A DNA stretch of 64,000 nt from Candidatus Poribacteria bacterium (GCA_965222225.1 CBDCTK010000002.1:320001-384000), one strand, 5' to 3'. Positions 11,055 to 22,487 are shown, numbered from the stretch's first letter. Made by a program: numbers and translations. Notes: generated by a model not told the origin, from the sequence alone.

Positions 11055-11621
11055 TTATTCTGCAGAGGTGGGTGCCAATGGTGATTCCCATAACGGCTCC
11101 GGTTGCCCCAGGCGATGATTAACAAGCCGTGCGAGAACGAAAAGAAAATCCGAGAGGCGGTTCAGGTAGGGTAGAATCACTGGGTTAATTGATTCCGAAT
11201 CCGCGAGGCTGACAACACAACGCTCACTCCGTCGACATACGGTTCGCGCGAGGTGCAGCGTAGACCCAGCCATGCTACCCCCGGGAAGAATAAAATTCAT
11301 CAACGGGGCAAGTTGGTTTTCAAGCCTGTCAATGTCCTTCTCTAGTGTTCCTACGAAATCTGCAGAAACCCGCAGTGTGTTCGACTTCGCATGAGAATCC
11401 AAGGTCGCGAGGTCTGCACCGATATTGAAAAGTTCGTTCTGAACTCGGAAAAGGAGATTGTCTTTATCGGCATCTTGGATGTGTGACCGGGCACTCCCAA
11501 TGCACGCATTGAGTTCATCAATAGCGCCAATCACTTCAATGCGTAACGAGTCCTTGGGGATGCGAGCGCCTCCATATAGCCCGGTTTCGCCGGTGTCGCC
11601 TGTTTTGGTATAAATCTTCAT
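11055..11621 (-). CDS. pduO: Cob(I)alamin adenosyltransferase, PduO type
   Basis: MKIYTKTGD.GETGL, FILPGG, RTVCRR.ER and YLNRLSDFLF motifs. Confidence 0.93.
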   Translation of the reverse strand: MKIYTKTGDTGETGLYGGARIPKDSLRIEVIGAIDELNACIGSARSHIQDADKDNLLFRVQNELFNIGADLATLDSHAKSNTLRVSADFVGTLEKDIDRLENQLAPLMNFILPGGSMAGSTLHLARTVCRRSERCVVSLADSESINPVILPYLNRLSDFLFVLARLVNHRLGQPEPLWESPLAPTSAE

Positions 11622-11655
11622 AGACGCTGATTATCAACGTTTCGCATTTGTAAAA

Positions 11656-12411
11656 TTACTTCTTGGCAGCTTCGGCATGATCCATAAACTCAGCCGCGCC
11701 AGCCGAAAGCCAGCCGCCGATTGTAGTAAAAAGGAATCGAACGCCCGCCGCTGCGTATTTTGCGACGTTGTCATTGTTCACCAAGGCACCGGCGGTTCGT
11801 CCAGCGGCTTGAATTCGCTGATGCGCATCATCAATGGTGCGTTGCACCTCAGGGTGACCTACACCTCCAAGGTACCCCATTGATGTTGCCAGATCTGAGG
11901 GTGCGACGAAGAACACATCAATATGGTCAACGGCCAAGATGTCATCCAGATTTCTTATGGCAGCGATGTCTTCGATCAACACGATTAACACCGTTTCGTC
12001 GTTGGCGAGTTTATAAAACTCAGGCACCGCGAAGCTCTGCCGGCTGCCAAACATCCCCCGGTATCCGACGGGGGCGAACATACCGCCATCCACCAGATTC
12101 TGAGCTTCCTCCTTCGTATTCACGTGTGGAACAACGATGCCTTGGGCACCCCGATCCAGTGTCCGGTAGATGATGCCTTGATTGTTTTGGTTGATGCGAA
12201 CCACTGAAGTCATTCCCCAAATGTCGCACGCTCGGGTAAGATTGCCGAGGTCAGACGGATCCACTCCACCGTGTTCCCCCTCAAGCCAGAAACCGTCAAA
12301 ACCTAGCGGACCGAATGCATCAATGTCGTCGGGATGTGTGAGACCGCCAGCCACATACGCTGTGTCGCCGGAAGCCAGTTTACGTTTGACTCGATTTGGT
12401 CTTATTTCCAT
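11656..12411 (-). CDS. HpcH/HpaI aldolase family protein
   Basis: EGEHG, LDRGAQGIVVPHVNT, IED..AIRNLDDI and APSDL motifs. Confidence 0.88.
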   Translation of the reverse strand: MEIRPNRVKRKLASGDTAYVAGGLTHPDDIDAFGPLGFDGFWLEGEHGGVDPSDLGNLTRACDIWGMTSVVRINQNNQGIIYRTLDRGAQGIVVPHVNTKEEAQNLVDGGMFAPVGYRGMFGSRQSFAVPEFYKLANDETVLIVLIEDIAAIRNLDDILAVDHIDVFFVAPSDLATSMGYLGGVGHPEVQRTIDDAHQRIQAAGRTAGALVNNDNVAKYAAAGVRFLFTTIGGWLSAGAAEFMDHAEAAKK

Positions 12412-12557
12412 TATCTATCCTCCAAAAATTGGGCAAGTGCCCGATGATTACAATCACAGTGTTTAGCCGCTACTCAGATTCCGGAGAGGCGTTGACAGGA
12501 CAGCCTTGGGCAGATTCCCAATCTGTCGTTGTTTTAGAATTTCTACATGAGGAGATC

Positions 12558-13421
12558 CTAGTCTAGGATACAACCCTTGAGGAATTGCCCGCAACGATGA
12601 AACCCCTCCTGGCGCCGGTCTCCGTCAAAAACCGGGTCTTCATGCTCAATTATGACAGCGTCCTCATATCCGCGCTCGTGCGCCATGGCGAACAAGCGGT
12701 GCCAATCAAATTTGGCGAATCCGGGCAATCGGTAGCGCCACCAGTCTTTGCCAAAAACACCGCCCCGCTTGACACGATTTTCGAAAATCTCCGTATCTTT
12801 GGCGTGTAACACATAAACGCGATCGGAAAACTCATCAAATGCGGCGAAGGGATCAATCCATTGCCAGAGGAGGTGGGAGGGGTCAAATTCTAGACCGATT
12901 TGCTTTGATGGCACTGCGTCAAACATCAATCCCCACGCTTCCGGCGTTATTGAAAGGCTTGCTCCCTCGGCGAAGGGGCCAGCACCGGGCCAATTCTCGA
13001 AGGCAATCTTCACTCCTTTGTCTTCGGCGACCTTGGCAACACGGGAATAAACCTTCTTATAACGCTCGACATTCTCTTCAAGGCTAACGCTTGGGTCGTA
13101 GCCCATCGGTCCGGGACCCGTCACAACAGCGACGTCCATCTCGTTGCAGGCATCCATGAGTTGCTCTAGGAGATTCAGTTGTTTGGACAATTCCCGTCCC
13201 AAGGTCTCACGCCGAGGAAAGTTTACATATAGGAAAGAGGCAATTGTCAATTCGTTCTCGTCAAGTAACGCTTTCGCTTTGCTTCGAGACGATTTGGCTT
13301 TAGCCGATTTGCCAATCCACTCGTCGGGCGGACCAAAAATTTCCAAACATTCAAACGACTCATCGTCGCCAGCAAATTCGACCATTTCTTCAGAATATCG
13401 CGTCAGAAACCCTAATTTCAT
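12558..13421 (-). CDS. Sugar phosphate isomerase/epimerase (xylose isomerase-like TIM barrel)
   Basis: FENWP, FDPSHL, HAKD, RLPG and IEHED metal-binding motifs. Confidence 0.88.
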   Translation of the reverse strand: MKLGFLTRYSEEMVEFAGDDESFECLEIFGPPDEWIGKSAKAKSSRSKAKALLDENELTIASFLYVNFPRRETLGRELSKQLNLLEQLMDACNEMDVAVVTGPGPMGYDPSVSLEENVERYKKVYSRVAKVAEDKGVKIAFENWPGAGPFAEGASLSITPEAWGLMFDAVPSKQIGLEFDPSHLLWQWIDPFAAFDEFSDRVYVLHAKDTEIFENRVKRGGVFGKDWWRYRLPGFAKFDWHRLFAMAHERGYEDAVIIEHEDPVFDGDRRQEGFHRCGQFLKGCILD

Positions 13422-13555
13422 AAAACCTCCTAAGAACCAATAACGTTTTCGTCAATCCAATCGCGCGTTTCAAATGAAGCGCGTTAACTCCATCACACTG
13501 TCAACTTTACCATTGCTGCCAAAGTCTCGACAATTAAGGAGCTTATTGAGCGTCA

Positions 13556-14359
13556 TTACTTCATCAGGTCTGTAAACCCAACAACGACATACGTGCCGCT
13601 GCGTGGGTTCTTACGAATCTCAATGAATCCGCGACGATTTGCATCTTCCAATAGCTCGCTAAAGGATTTATAGCCATAAAGCGACTCACTAAAGGAAGGG
13701 TTCTTCCGTTTCATCGTGTCCTTCACCATTGATGACCACAGCACTTCATGGTTCTCACGAATAATAGCACGAATTGAGTCAAATAGGAGATCGAAAGCAT
13801 CTCGAAGTTCCGCGGGGATATTCTGTCCCGCTCGTGACTCAACTCCGTCATCTTTTTCGAGATCTTCATAGTAAATGAATTCGTCACAATTTTGACTGAG
13901 AAGATCCGAGGTTGAGAATCGCATTCCCAAGCCGATGACATACTTGCCATTTTCCTTGAGTTTGGACACAAGTGGTATGAAATCACTATCGCCGGATATA
14001 ACCACAAATGTGTCTATATGTTCCTTGGAGTAGCAGAGATCCATCGCATCAACGCAAAGACGAATGTCGGCAGAATTCTTCCCCGCTAGAGAACGTTTCG
14101 GGATTTCTATTAGCGCCATGCCTGCTTCATGTAGTTTTGCTCGATCTCGTGAAAAACGATGCCAATCTGCATACGCAGTTTTGGCTACAACCTTCCCCTT
14201 CTCGACTAGGCGTCCTAAGACTTTCCGAATGTCAAATTCGAAGCCGTCGTTTACCGTCTTGATGTTTTTCTGTTTTTTTGTATCCTGAAACCCCAATGCC
14301 AGGTTCTCAAAGTCCAAGAAAACGGCAAGAGTGCGTTGTTCCTGAGGTCCTTCGGGCAT
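13556..14359 (-). CDS. NYN domain (LabA/DUF88) protein with C-terminal OST-HTH/LOTUS domain
   Basis: FLDFEN, KNSADIRL, SGDSDF, CDEFI, then FSE..YGYKSFSELL. Confidence 0.9.
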   Translation of the reverse strand: MPEGPQEQRTLAVFLDFENLALGFQDTKKQKNIKTVNDGFEFDIRKVLGRLVEKGKVVAKTAYADWHRFSRDRAKLHEAGMALIEIPKRSLAGKNSADIRLCVDAMDLCYSKEHIDTFVVISGDSDFIPLVSKLKENGKYVIGLGMRFSTSDLLSQNCDEFIYYEDLEKDDGVESRAGQNIPAELRDAFDLLFDSIRAIIRENHEVLWSSMVKDTMKRKNPSFSESLYGYKSFSELLEDANRRGFIEIRKNPRSGTYVVVGFTDLMK

Positions 14360-14928
14360 GCGATTTGCCCTCCATTACGCGATAAAATCTGGGGCTGGAT
14401 CACGTTACGTGTTGACGCAAGGGCGGGTAAGCGTCACACTCACCGTAGCGATATAAGTTTCCAGCAAGTCACTCCACTAATCTAGTTCAATAAACTTCAA
14501 GCTTGCCCGATCAAAGTCGACAAGCCCCGTCTCTGCCGATTCATGGAATCAACAAAGCGTTGACAGCATGTTTTGCTCAAGCGCCGGGTGGCGGATTCAG
14601 TTGGACAGCGCCCGGTTTTCTCTCAAATGTTCTAAATAACGATGGCTAGTTCATCAATCTGCATGTCCTCAATACAGTTTATCAAAACAGCAGAAACCAC
14701 GCAAGAGTTTTTTAGTCTGTGTGTGATTCAAGTACGATTGCCCCTTTCGATATTTGTCTCTACTACTGTTAGAGCACCAACGTCAAAAGCAACTTGCGAT
14801 TCTGATTGCGCAGGTATTATGTTTTCAGCTATAATGCACGTCTTAGATGCTGGATGGTGCAGTAGTGGCCTATTCATCCCAATCAAACGGCGACTACTCT
14901 CAATTCTCAATCGGTTATCAGTGATATT

Positions 14929-15288
14929 GTGAGTGTGAGTATGAATTTTTCTTTCATGGGCGGCAACACACCGAAATCGCTTCGTTTCTTACGCTTCCTT
15001 TATCATTTGCCCAACTTTGTCAAGCTGGCTTGGCGTCTGTTTTGGGACCGGCGTATCCCCTTCTATCGGAAAGCGGTTCTCGTCCTGTTCGAGATTCTCG
15101 CTGTGCTGTTTGCCATCCTTTACTTTATAAATCCGCTTGATTTTGACTTCCTTCCAGTAATAGGCAAGGTGGATGATATCATCATCGGTTTGCTCGCAAT
15201 TTCAATCCCGGGCGCGTGGCTGTTCATTAAACTCTCGCCAGAACACGTCGTGCGGGAACATGTGGAACGCATTTCCAGTGGTCAGTAG
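14929..15288 (+). CDS. YkvA/DUF1232 family small membrane protein
   Basis: D.R.P...K, YF.NP.D..FLPVIGKVDD. Confidence 0.8.
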   Translation: MSVSMNFSFMGGNTPKSLRFLRFLYHLPNFVKLAWRLFWDRRIPFYRKAVLVLFEILAVLFAILYFINPLDFDFLPVIGKVDDIIIGLLAISIPGAWLFIKLSPEHVVREHVERISSGQ

Positions 15289-15624
15289 ATTGGGCTCCTA
15301 AACCAAGTTTCTTCCGCAGGCAGATTCCCGAATCTTCAAACGCAATTCTCCTTCGCTAGGCAAAATCATTCGTCTTGGCAGAACAGTCGCAGAACATCTT
15401 TGAATAATGCCAAAATGGCACTTGATGTCAACTTCGCCTAAAATCTCCAACATTCCATCCTCCTAAATCAGTTTCCAAGTTGGTAAATGAGATTTAAGTG
15501 TCCCTCGTTTCTCAATTAATACTAAGGGCAAACAGGGATAAACAGTGCGTTCGCGGTGCGTGAGAGCCTTATTGCAGATAAAAAAGCAGGAAATTGTGAT
15601 GGGCTCTCAATGATGAAATCGGTT

Positions 15625-15640
15625 TTGGCATGTGAATTGC
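15625..15640 (+). promoter_or_regulatory. Putative sigma54 (-24/-12) promoter of hsp20
   Basis: TTGGCATGTGAATTGC with correct GG-N10-GC spacing, about 70 nt upstream of the start codon. Confidence 0.6.
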
Positions 15641-15711
15641 GCGTATACCAGCTCGATCCAAAAATTAGCGACGAATTTCCAAACCCTACAGTATTCAAGG
15701 AGGAACATAAA

Positions 15712-16161
15712 ATGACAAGCCTAACCACATGGAAACCACTACACGACCTATTTTCGACTCGCAGAGAAATCGACAGATTTTTCGACAACGTCTTCGGCAA
15801 CCAAGGCATTTCGCGTTCAACCACGGATAGCGCATGGGCTCCACCGGTTGATGTCGTAGATGCCGAAGACCACGTGGAGTTCCACGCGGAGGTTCCCGGA
15901 TTGTCCGAGGACCATGTTCAAGTGTCCGTCACCGAAAATGTCCTGACGATTAAGGGGGAGAAAAAGAGTGGATCGGAGGACAAAAACGCGGGCTATCACA
16001 TTGTTGAGCGAAGTTACGGTCAGTTCCAGCGTTCGTTTAGCCTTCCCAAGAATCTCCGTACTGATGATATAGATGCCTCGTTCAAGAGAGGTGTTCTAAC
16101 GATCTCGGTGCCGAAAACCAAGAAAGAGGAAGCGAAAGAAATTCCGATTCGGACCGAATAA
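15712..16161 (+). CDS. Hsp20/alpha-crystallin small heat shock protein
   Basis: W.PPVDV, E.PG, LTIKGEK, ERSYGQFQRSFSLP, GVLTI..PK; AAGGAGG RBS. Confidence 0.95.
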   Translation: MTSLTTWKPLHDLFSTRREIDRFFDNVFGNQGISRSTTDSAWAPPVDVVDAEDHVEFHAEVPGLSEDHVQVSVTENVLTIKGEKKSGSEDKNAGYHIVERSYGQFQRSFSLPKNLRTDDIDASFKRGVLTISVPKTKKEEAKEIPIRTE

Positions 16162-16183
16162 TACACGCGGCTTTCGATCCATC

Positions 16184-16221
16184 AAAAAAGCGCTCTGTCT
16201 GTACAGACAGAGCGCTTTTTT
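16184..16221. terminator. Intrinsic terminator (perfect 38-bp palindrome)
   Basis: AAAAAAGCGCTCTGTCTGTACAGACAGAGCGCTTTTTT. Confidence 0.85.
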
Positions 16222-16356
16222 ATGCGATCAATCTGAAAGAAAGACAGCAATCTGTGTTTAGTCGATGATTGCCGCGACAATACAACAGTTATAAACTTTC
16301 ATGAAACTTTCGTTTCCATGAGAGTGTGTCATTGGGAAAAAATTGGAGGTTATTAC

Positions 16357-17897
16357 ATGTCTCGATTCAAATCAGTCCGCTGGCTGCTCCTATTCTCGGC
16401 GATCGCGATAGTTGTTGTCAGCGTCACAATCAACCAATCTAACAATAGCACTAGCTTTTCAACTCAAGTTGCATCAGCTCAAACGCTTGAGAGCGATTTT
16501 GAGTATCTAGAGCGAGCCAACCGCGCCTTCATCGAATTAGTCAATCGCGCGAAACCAGCCGTTGTCCAAATCAGAACCAAGACGATTATCCCGTCGAGTA
16601 ACTCAAACAATTTTCCAGATTGGTTCGAGTATTTCTTTGATGTGCCCAGAAACCGGAGATCGCCTGAACGCGATGCCCCGGAGCGGCAGCGAGAGCAAGG
16701 GGGCCTCGGATCGGGTATTATCGTGAGCCAGAGTGGGTACATCCTCACCAACAATCATGTGATTGAAGGCGCAGATGACATCACGGTCATTCTTCCGGGA
16801 GGGCGTGAGTTTGAAGGTGAGTTGATCGGAACAGACGCTGGTCAAGAAGGGACGGATCTCGCCGTATTGAAAATCGACGGGCAGGATTTACCCGTGCTTG
16901 ATTTTGGAGACTCTGATGCGCTCGAAGTTGGCGAATGGGTGATCGCCATCGGCAGCCCGTTTGGTCTGTCTCAAACCGTAACACGGGGAATTGTGAGCGC
17001 GAAAGGCCGATCCGATCAGCTTGGGAACCGCGTACTGTACGAAGATTTTATTCAGACGGATACTCCAATCAATCGAGGAAATAGTGGTGGTGCTCTCATA
17101 AATATTCGCGGCGAACTCGTTGGCGTCAATACGGCAATTTTACGGGAAACAGTTTTCAGCCGGGCAATATAGGCGTGGGATTTGCCATCCCCAGTAACCT
17201 CGCACAACGAATAATGAGGCAACTAATCGATACCGGCAAAGTTGAACGCGGATGGCTGGGCGTGCGCCTTCAAAAACTCACTTATGAACTCGCCGAGGAC
17301 TTTGGACTGGATGAACCACGAGGGGCTTTGGTTTCAACAGTTTACGAAGGGACACCGGCAGACGAAGCCGGAATCAAACGGGGCGACGTGATTCTTGAAT
17401 TAAATCAAACACCTATCCGCGATGGAGCTCATCTCTCTCTCATTGTCGCAGCCGCTGAAGTTGGTAAGGAAGTCGAAGTCAAAATCAGCCGCCGAGGCAA
17501 AGAAAAGTTGCTGAATATTACTCTTGGAAAACGTCCGTCACAAGAGGCCCTTGAGTCTGGCAAGATATTGATGCCCGATGGTATAGATGAGAAGGCATTT
17601 GCCGGTATGCACGTGCAGGATTTAACGGATGAACTTGCCGAGAAGTATGGTCACGAAGGCGAAACGGGGGTCGTGATAGTTCGCATCAAACAGGGAAGCC
17701 AAGCGGTAAGACAAAGACAGATACGGGTTGGCGGCCTCATTCAGGAAATTGACTTCAACGAAATTCGAAACGTGAAAGATTTTACAGAATACGTTGAGTC
17801 GGTCGAGGTGGGAACCAAGGTCACACTATATGTCCGGTACCCCAATGGAGGTGGAAGCTACGTGACGCTGCAACACGGAGAAGCACCTAGAGAATAA
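16357..17897 (+). CDS. degP: DegP/Do-family serine protease with two PDZ domains; 1-nt frameshift at T-run 17138-17141
   Basis: LTNNHV, TDLAV and GNSGG catalytic triad, PDZ domains in 17175-17897; adding one T gives TAIFTGNSFQPGNIGVGFAIP. Confidence 0.85.
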
Positions 17898-17937
17898 GTA
17901 ACTGCAAAACCAAGAACAGAGATTCTCCTTCAATAGT

Positions 17938-17970
17938 TGTCGGTGAGATGAACCTCACGTCTCGCCGACG
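17938..17970. terminator. Stem-loop downstream of degP
   Basis: GTCGGTGAGATG / CGTCTCGCCGAC inverted repeat; no clear U-tract. Confidence 0.45.
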
Positions 17971-18488
17971 GCTTGCGGGGGAGAAGCGTAGTTAACTACC
18001 TTTATCCCAATTCTAACAATCGCACGACGCGACCCACATAAATGTCCCGCCATAGTAGTGTTCAGATTTCTCATCCGCTCCGCAACCTTCTTGGGTTCTG
18101 CTCAAGATTGTTGCGTAACAAAACTGACCATCTAATTCTGTCCCACTTTCTTGTTCCCGCCAGCGGTTAAACCCTTACTAATCACCCTCCAAATTCGGCT
18201 TTCTCTATGTCTCCCGAGAATCACCCGCAATTAGTAACAGGTATAGCTGCGCGAAGCGGAAAGTCAACCGGACTTTTGGCTTTGTCTTTGGCTACGGGGC
18301 GTGATATACTAAAAATTGCGTTGGTGACTCAAACAAAGCGTGCCTAAGCCACATCTGTCGAGAATAGCCACAATGTTTCCCTGTGCAGATTCGATTGGAT
18401 GCCCGAACTGCGTCGTTGCTGAATGGATCAAAATCCAACGCACTTGAATAAAGAATTGGAGAAAGATACTACCGGTGGAGAGTAGATT

Positions 18489-20573
18489 GTGAATCGAGGA
18501 CACTCAATTGAGAAAATTCGAAACATCGGCATCATGGCGCACATTGACGCCGGGAAGACAACCACGACCGAGCGTATTCTGTTTTATACCGGCAAGAAAC
18601 ACAAGATAGGCGCGGTCGATGACGGTACCGCTGAAATGGATTGGATGATCCAAGAACGGGAGCGTGGTGTCACAATTACCGCAGCAGCGACGACCTGTTT
18701 CTGGCAAGATCATGCGATCCATCTCATTGATACTCCCGGACATGTCGATTTCACCGTCGAAGTCGAGCGTTCGTTGCGCGTCCTTGATGGGGCAATTGCG
18801 CTCTTCTGTGCGGTAGGAGGAGTCGAGCCGCAGTCGGAAACTGTCTGGCATCAAGCCAACCGTTACCATATCCCTCGCATCGCATTCGTGAATAAAATGG
18901 ATCGGGTGGGAGCGAATTTTACTCGTACCGTGGAGATGATGCGTGAGCGCTTAGGTGCCAATCCCCTCGCTATCCAATTACCAGTAGGCGCCGAACACAC
19001 CTTTGCCGGTGTCATCGATCTGGTGCGAATGAAGGCGATTCGCTGGCACGATGAGGACTTTGGTCAGACGTTCGATCTTGAAGACATTCCATCGGATATG
19101 GTTGCTGAGGCAACAGAGATGCGCGAGACACTAATCGACACCGTGGCAGCCGAGGATGACGAACTTCTGGAGAAGTACCTTGATGGAGAAGTTATTTCGG
19201 ACGAAGAATTAACCTGCGGAATTCGGGTAGGGACACTCGGCGGCGCGTTTGTACCGGTGTTGTGCGGTACCTCATTGAAGAACCAAGGAGTGCAACCATT
19301 AATTGACGCCGTGGTCACCTATTTGCCATCACCCCTTGATGTCCCGCCAATTGAAGGAATTGTCCCAACGAGTGGTCACGGAGAAACGCGAGAACCGAGC
19401 GATGATGCACCATTCGCCGCTTTGGCATTTAAGGTCGCGAGCGACGCAAACGTAGATAGGATTGTCTATTGCCGCATCTACTCGGGGACACTCGGTCGAG
19501 GCTGCCGAGTTTATAATGTGGTAAACGGGAGGACTGAACGAATCACACGAATTCTACAGATGCACGCCAATAAGCAACAGGTGTGTGATACGGCTTATGC
19601 CGGGGACATTGTTGCGCTGGTAGGGCTAAGAAGTACCAAGACGGGAGATACTCTAACGTTCCCTGAACACCCGATTTTGCTGGATTCGATAAGTTTTCCC
19701 GATCCGGTCATCTCCGTTGCAATCGAGCCACAGAGCGAAAGTGACAAGGACAAACTCGAAGAAACGTTGCAAATCCTGATGGATGAGGACCCGACATTTA
19801 CCGTGGCAATCGACTCCGATACGGGGCAACGCGTTATCTCGGGCATGGGCGAGTTGCATTTGGAAATATTGACCGATCGGATGATTCGCGAGTTTGGCGT
19901 TAACGCGCGCGTGAGCAAATTGCAGGTGGCTTACCGTGAGACAATAACCCGTGAGGCTGAAGCGCAGGGAAAATACATCCACAAAACGGAGGAAGAGGGC
20001 ATCTATGGAGATGTAGTCTTGCGGGTCGAGCCGTTGCCAAAAGGAGACGGATTTCAGTTTGCCGACGAAACCGATGAAACTCAGATTCCCCGCGACTTCA
20101 TCCCTAGGGTCGAAAGGGCTTTGGAAGGTGCGCTGAACATCGGCGTCTTGACAGGTTTTCCGATGCAGGATATTAAGGCAACGCTTATTGGTGGTTCATA
20201 TCATGAAACGGATTCGTCCGAAGTCGCTTTCGAAGCGGCGGCTGTCATTGCCTTTGAGAATGCCGTCCGCGGGGCACAGCCAAGGCTTTTGGAGCCTATT
20301 ATGAGGATGCGGGTCATTGTATCCAGTGAACATACCGGAAGGGTTATCGGCGACCTAAATGCTCGTCGTGCCCGAATTCGGCAAACCGGTACTCAGGGGA
20401 CTTCCGAGGTTATTGATGCCGACATTCCGTTAGCAGAGACGTTCCAATATACTACCAAACTCCGGTCAATGACTCAGGGCCGTGGTTCGTTCACGATGGA
20501 ATTTGCGTATCATGAACCCGTACCCGCAAGTCTTCGCAGCGTAATTTTGAATCAGCGATTGACGTTTGAGTAA
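18489..20573 (+). CDS. fusA: Elongation factor G (stand-alone paralogue)
   Basis: [46 protein letters not shown] and LRSMTQGRG; not flanked by rpsG/tuf. Confidence 0.93.
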   Translation: MNRGHSIEKIRNIGIMAHIDAGKTTTTERILFYTGKKHKIGAVDDGTAEMDWMIQERERGVTITAAATTCFWQDHAIHLIDTPGHVDFTVEVERSLRVLDGAIALFCAVGGVEPQSETVWHQANRYHIPRIAFVNKMDRVGANFTRTVEMMRERLGANPLAIQLPVGAEHTFAGVIDLVRMKAIRWHDEDFGQTFDLEDIPSDMVAEATEMRETLIDTVAAEDDELLEKYLDGEVISDEELTCGIRVGTLGGAFVPVLCGTSLKNQGVQPLIDAVVTYLPSPLDVPPIEGIVPTSGHGETREPSDDAPFAALAFKVASDANVDRIVYCRIYSGTLGRGCRVYNVVNGRTERITRILQMHANKQQVCDTAYAGDIVALVGLRSTKTGDTLTFPEHPILLDSISFPDPVISVAIEPQSESDKDKLEETLQILMDEDPTFTVAIDSDTGQRVISGMGELHLEILTDRMIREFGVNARVSKLQVAYRETITREAEAQGKYIHKTEEEGIYGDVVLRVEPLPKGDGFQFADETDETQIPRDFIPRVERALEGALNIGVLTGFPMQDIKATLIGGSYHETDSSEVAFEAAAVIAFENAVRGAQPRLLEPIMRMRVIVSSEHTGRVIGDLNARRARIRQTGTQGTSEVIDADIPLAETFQYTTKLRSMTQGRGSFTMEFAYHEPVPASLRSVILNQRLTFE

Positions 20574-20660
20574 TTCGGATTGGTCGTTCTTCCATTATAT
20601 CTTGGATTCGGCGAAAGGAATGCGCGATTCAGGCTTGGACATAGCCACCATTCACCGTTG

Positions 20661-21443
20661 CTAGACGACATTGGACAATCCGCCATCAAGGTTTATCGCC
20701 GTGCCTGTAATGAAAGAAGCGCACTCCGACGCGAGGAAGGCGACAAGCGCTCCGGCATCGGAGGGTTCGCCGAGGCGTCCTAGGGGATGCTCTTTTGTCC
20801 GCTCAATCCAATACTCGTCCAAGGTGCCACGTTCCCCTTCCGCCTTCCAAGCGCGTTCTCCCTGCGTGCTCTTTATAGAAGTCAAGCACACGGTGTTTAC
20901 GAGGATATTGTGTGGCAATAGTTCCTTGGATAGCGCCTTCGTCATAGCGATGCCCGCCGCGCGGCTCACGGAGGTCGGGTACGAGGCTGCACCGGGCTGT
21001 TTGCCCCCCGGATGCGTAATGTTGATAATCCGTCCTCCACCGACAAGTTTCATCTGTGGAATGACTAAACGTGCACAACGCACAGCCCCCATCAGTTTCA
21101 GATCCAAATCGGCATACCAGGCATCGTCGGTCAGCTCATCAAAGGCGCTCGTGGCAGACCTGCCGGCGTTGTTGACCAAAATGTCAATGCGTCCGAAATG
21201 ATCGACTACTCGGTTGATGAAATTCGTTAGCGTTTCCGGGTTGGTCACGTCGGCAGAAACAGCGAGGAGGTCACCGCTAGTCGACGCACGAAGTTCCTCA
21301 GCTGCCTGGTGCATGACATCGTCGCGCCGCGCGCAAATCGCTACCTTTGCACGCTCTTGCAGAAACCGGAGCGCGATTCCCTTTCCGATTCCTTCACTGC
21401 CGCCCGTAATAACCGCAACTTTTCCGCTCAATCCAAGATCCAT
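20661..21443 (-). CDS. Short-chain dehydrogenase/reductase
   Basis: MDLGLSGKVAVITGGSEGIG, NNAG, PLGRLG.P and ITG..I..DGG. Confidence 0.9.
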   Translation of the reverse strand: MDLGLSGKVAVITGGSEGIGKGIALRFLQERAKVAICARRDDVMHQAAEELRASTSGDLLAVSADVTNPETLTNFINRVVDHFGRIDILVNNAGRSATSAFDELTDDAWYADLDLKLMGAVRCARLVIPQMKLVGGGRIINITHPGGKQPGAASYPTSVSRAAGIAMTKALSKELLPHNILVNTVCLTSIKSTQGERAWKAEGERGTLDEYWIERTKEHPLGRLGEPSDAGALVAFLASECASFITGTAINLDGGLSNVV

Positions 21444-21536
21444 ATCGATTCTCCTCAAGCAAGTTAATATCCGTGGTTTGCCCTAGAAACGCAACTCATG
21501 GTGCAACGAGTCACCGGTCAAATGTCGGACATTATG

Positions 21537-22487
21537 TCAGTATCCCCTAGTTTGATCGACAATATTGGTTAAGGGTTGACCTGCAACAAAGCGCTGAAGG
21601 TTTTCGCAGAAGAGGTTGAATATCCGTCCCCAAGACTTGGGAGACGCCCCTGCATGGTGTGGAGTAATAATCACGTTATCCATCTCCCAAAGCGGGCTGT
21701 CCTGCGGCAACGGCTCAGGGTCGGTTACATCGAGGCCAGCGCCGGCAATCTCCTTCGTTTGCAGAGCGTCAACCAATGCCGCTTGATCGATGATCTGTCC
21801 TCTTCCAATAGTAACCAGAATGGCTGTCGATTTCATGGCGCGGAATTCGGGCGCTCCCATCATACTTTTCGTTTGCGGTGTCAGGGGACAACAGATTGCC
21901 ACGAAGTCCGACTGACCTAGCATATCGTGCAAGCGATCCATTTTCCACAATGACTCAACGTAATCCGGTTTTCCCGTTTGCGTCGGATCGGCAGCTAGAA
22001 TACGCATGTCGAAGGCGTGAGCCCGTTTCGCTACCTGTAGACCGATATTTCCCAGACCGACAATTCCCAAGGTTTCTCCGGAGATTTCAAGAACAGGCAG
22101 GTTTCTGAAGTTTTCCCAAAATTTGTTAATCTGGTTTTTTATAGAAGTGTGGAGTGTGCGTGTGAAAGCGAGAATAAGCGACATAACGTGTTCGGAAATG
22201 TTAATAGCAGTTGAACCGCGCACGTTGGTCAACACAATATCACTATTGAGCAATTCTGGGCAAAGCACGCTCTCGACGCCGACGCTGCTAAGCTGGATCC
22301 AACGAAGTTTTCTTGCGCGTTCAATCATTTCGGGATTTATACCAAATCCGAAAAAGGCATCGGCATCCTCAATCTCGCGTATCTTATCTTCATCTGTTGT
22401 CGCCGCCACAAAACTTGCTTTGGGGACAATGGAGTGGGCAAGTGAAAGATTTTCGTCACTTAAATCGTATGACATGACAATTTTCAT
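21537..22487 (-). CDS. D-2-hydroxyacid dehydrogenase (second paralogue)
   Basis: GLGNIG, IGRG, LDVTDPEPL and ITPH motifs. Confidence 0.9.
   Translation of the reverse strand: MKIVMSYDLSDENLSLAHSIVPKASFVAATTDEDKIREIEDADAFFGFGINPEMIERARKLRWIQLSSVGVESVLCPELLNSDIVLTNVRGSTAINISEHVMSLILAFTRTLHTSIKNQINKFWENFRNLPVLEISGETLGIVGLGNIGLQVAKRAHAFDMRILAADPTQTGKPDYVESLWKMDRLHDMLGQSDFVAICCPLTPQTKSMMGAPEFRAMKSTAILVTIGRGQIIDQAALVDALQTKEIAGAGLDVTDPEPLPQDSPLWEMDNVIITPHHAGASPKSWGRIFNLFCENLQRFVAGQPLTNIVDQTRGY

Noticed and set aside
14642-14932. Short ORFs between the NYN and DUF1232 genes
   Set aside because: No recognisable motif or RBS; likely promoter or intergenic DNA.
17130-17180. Programmed frameshift in degP
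   Set aside because: No slippery heptamer; a single missing T explains it.
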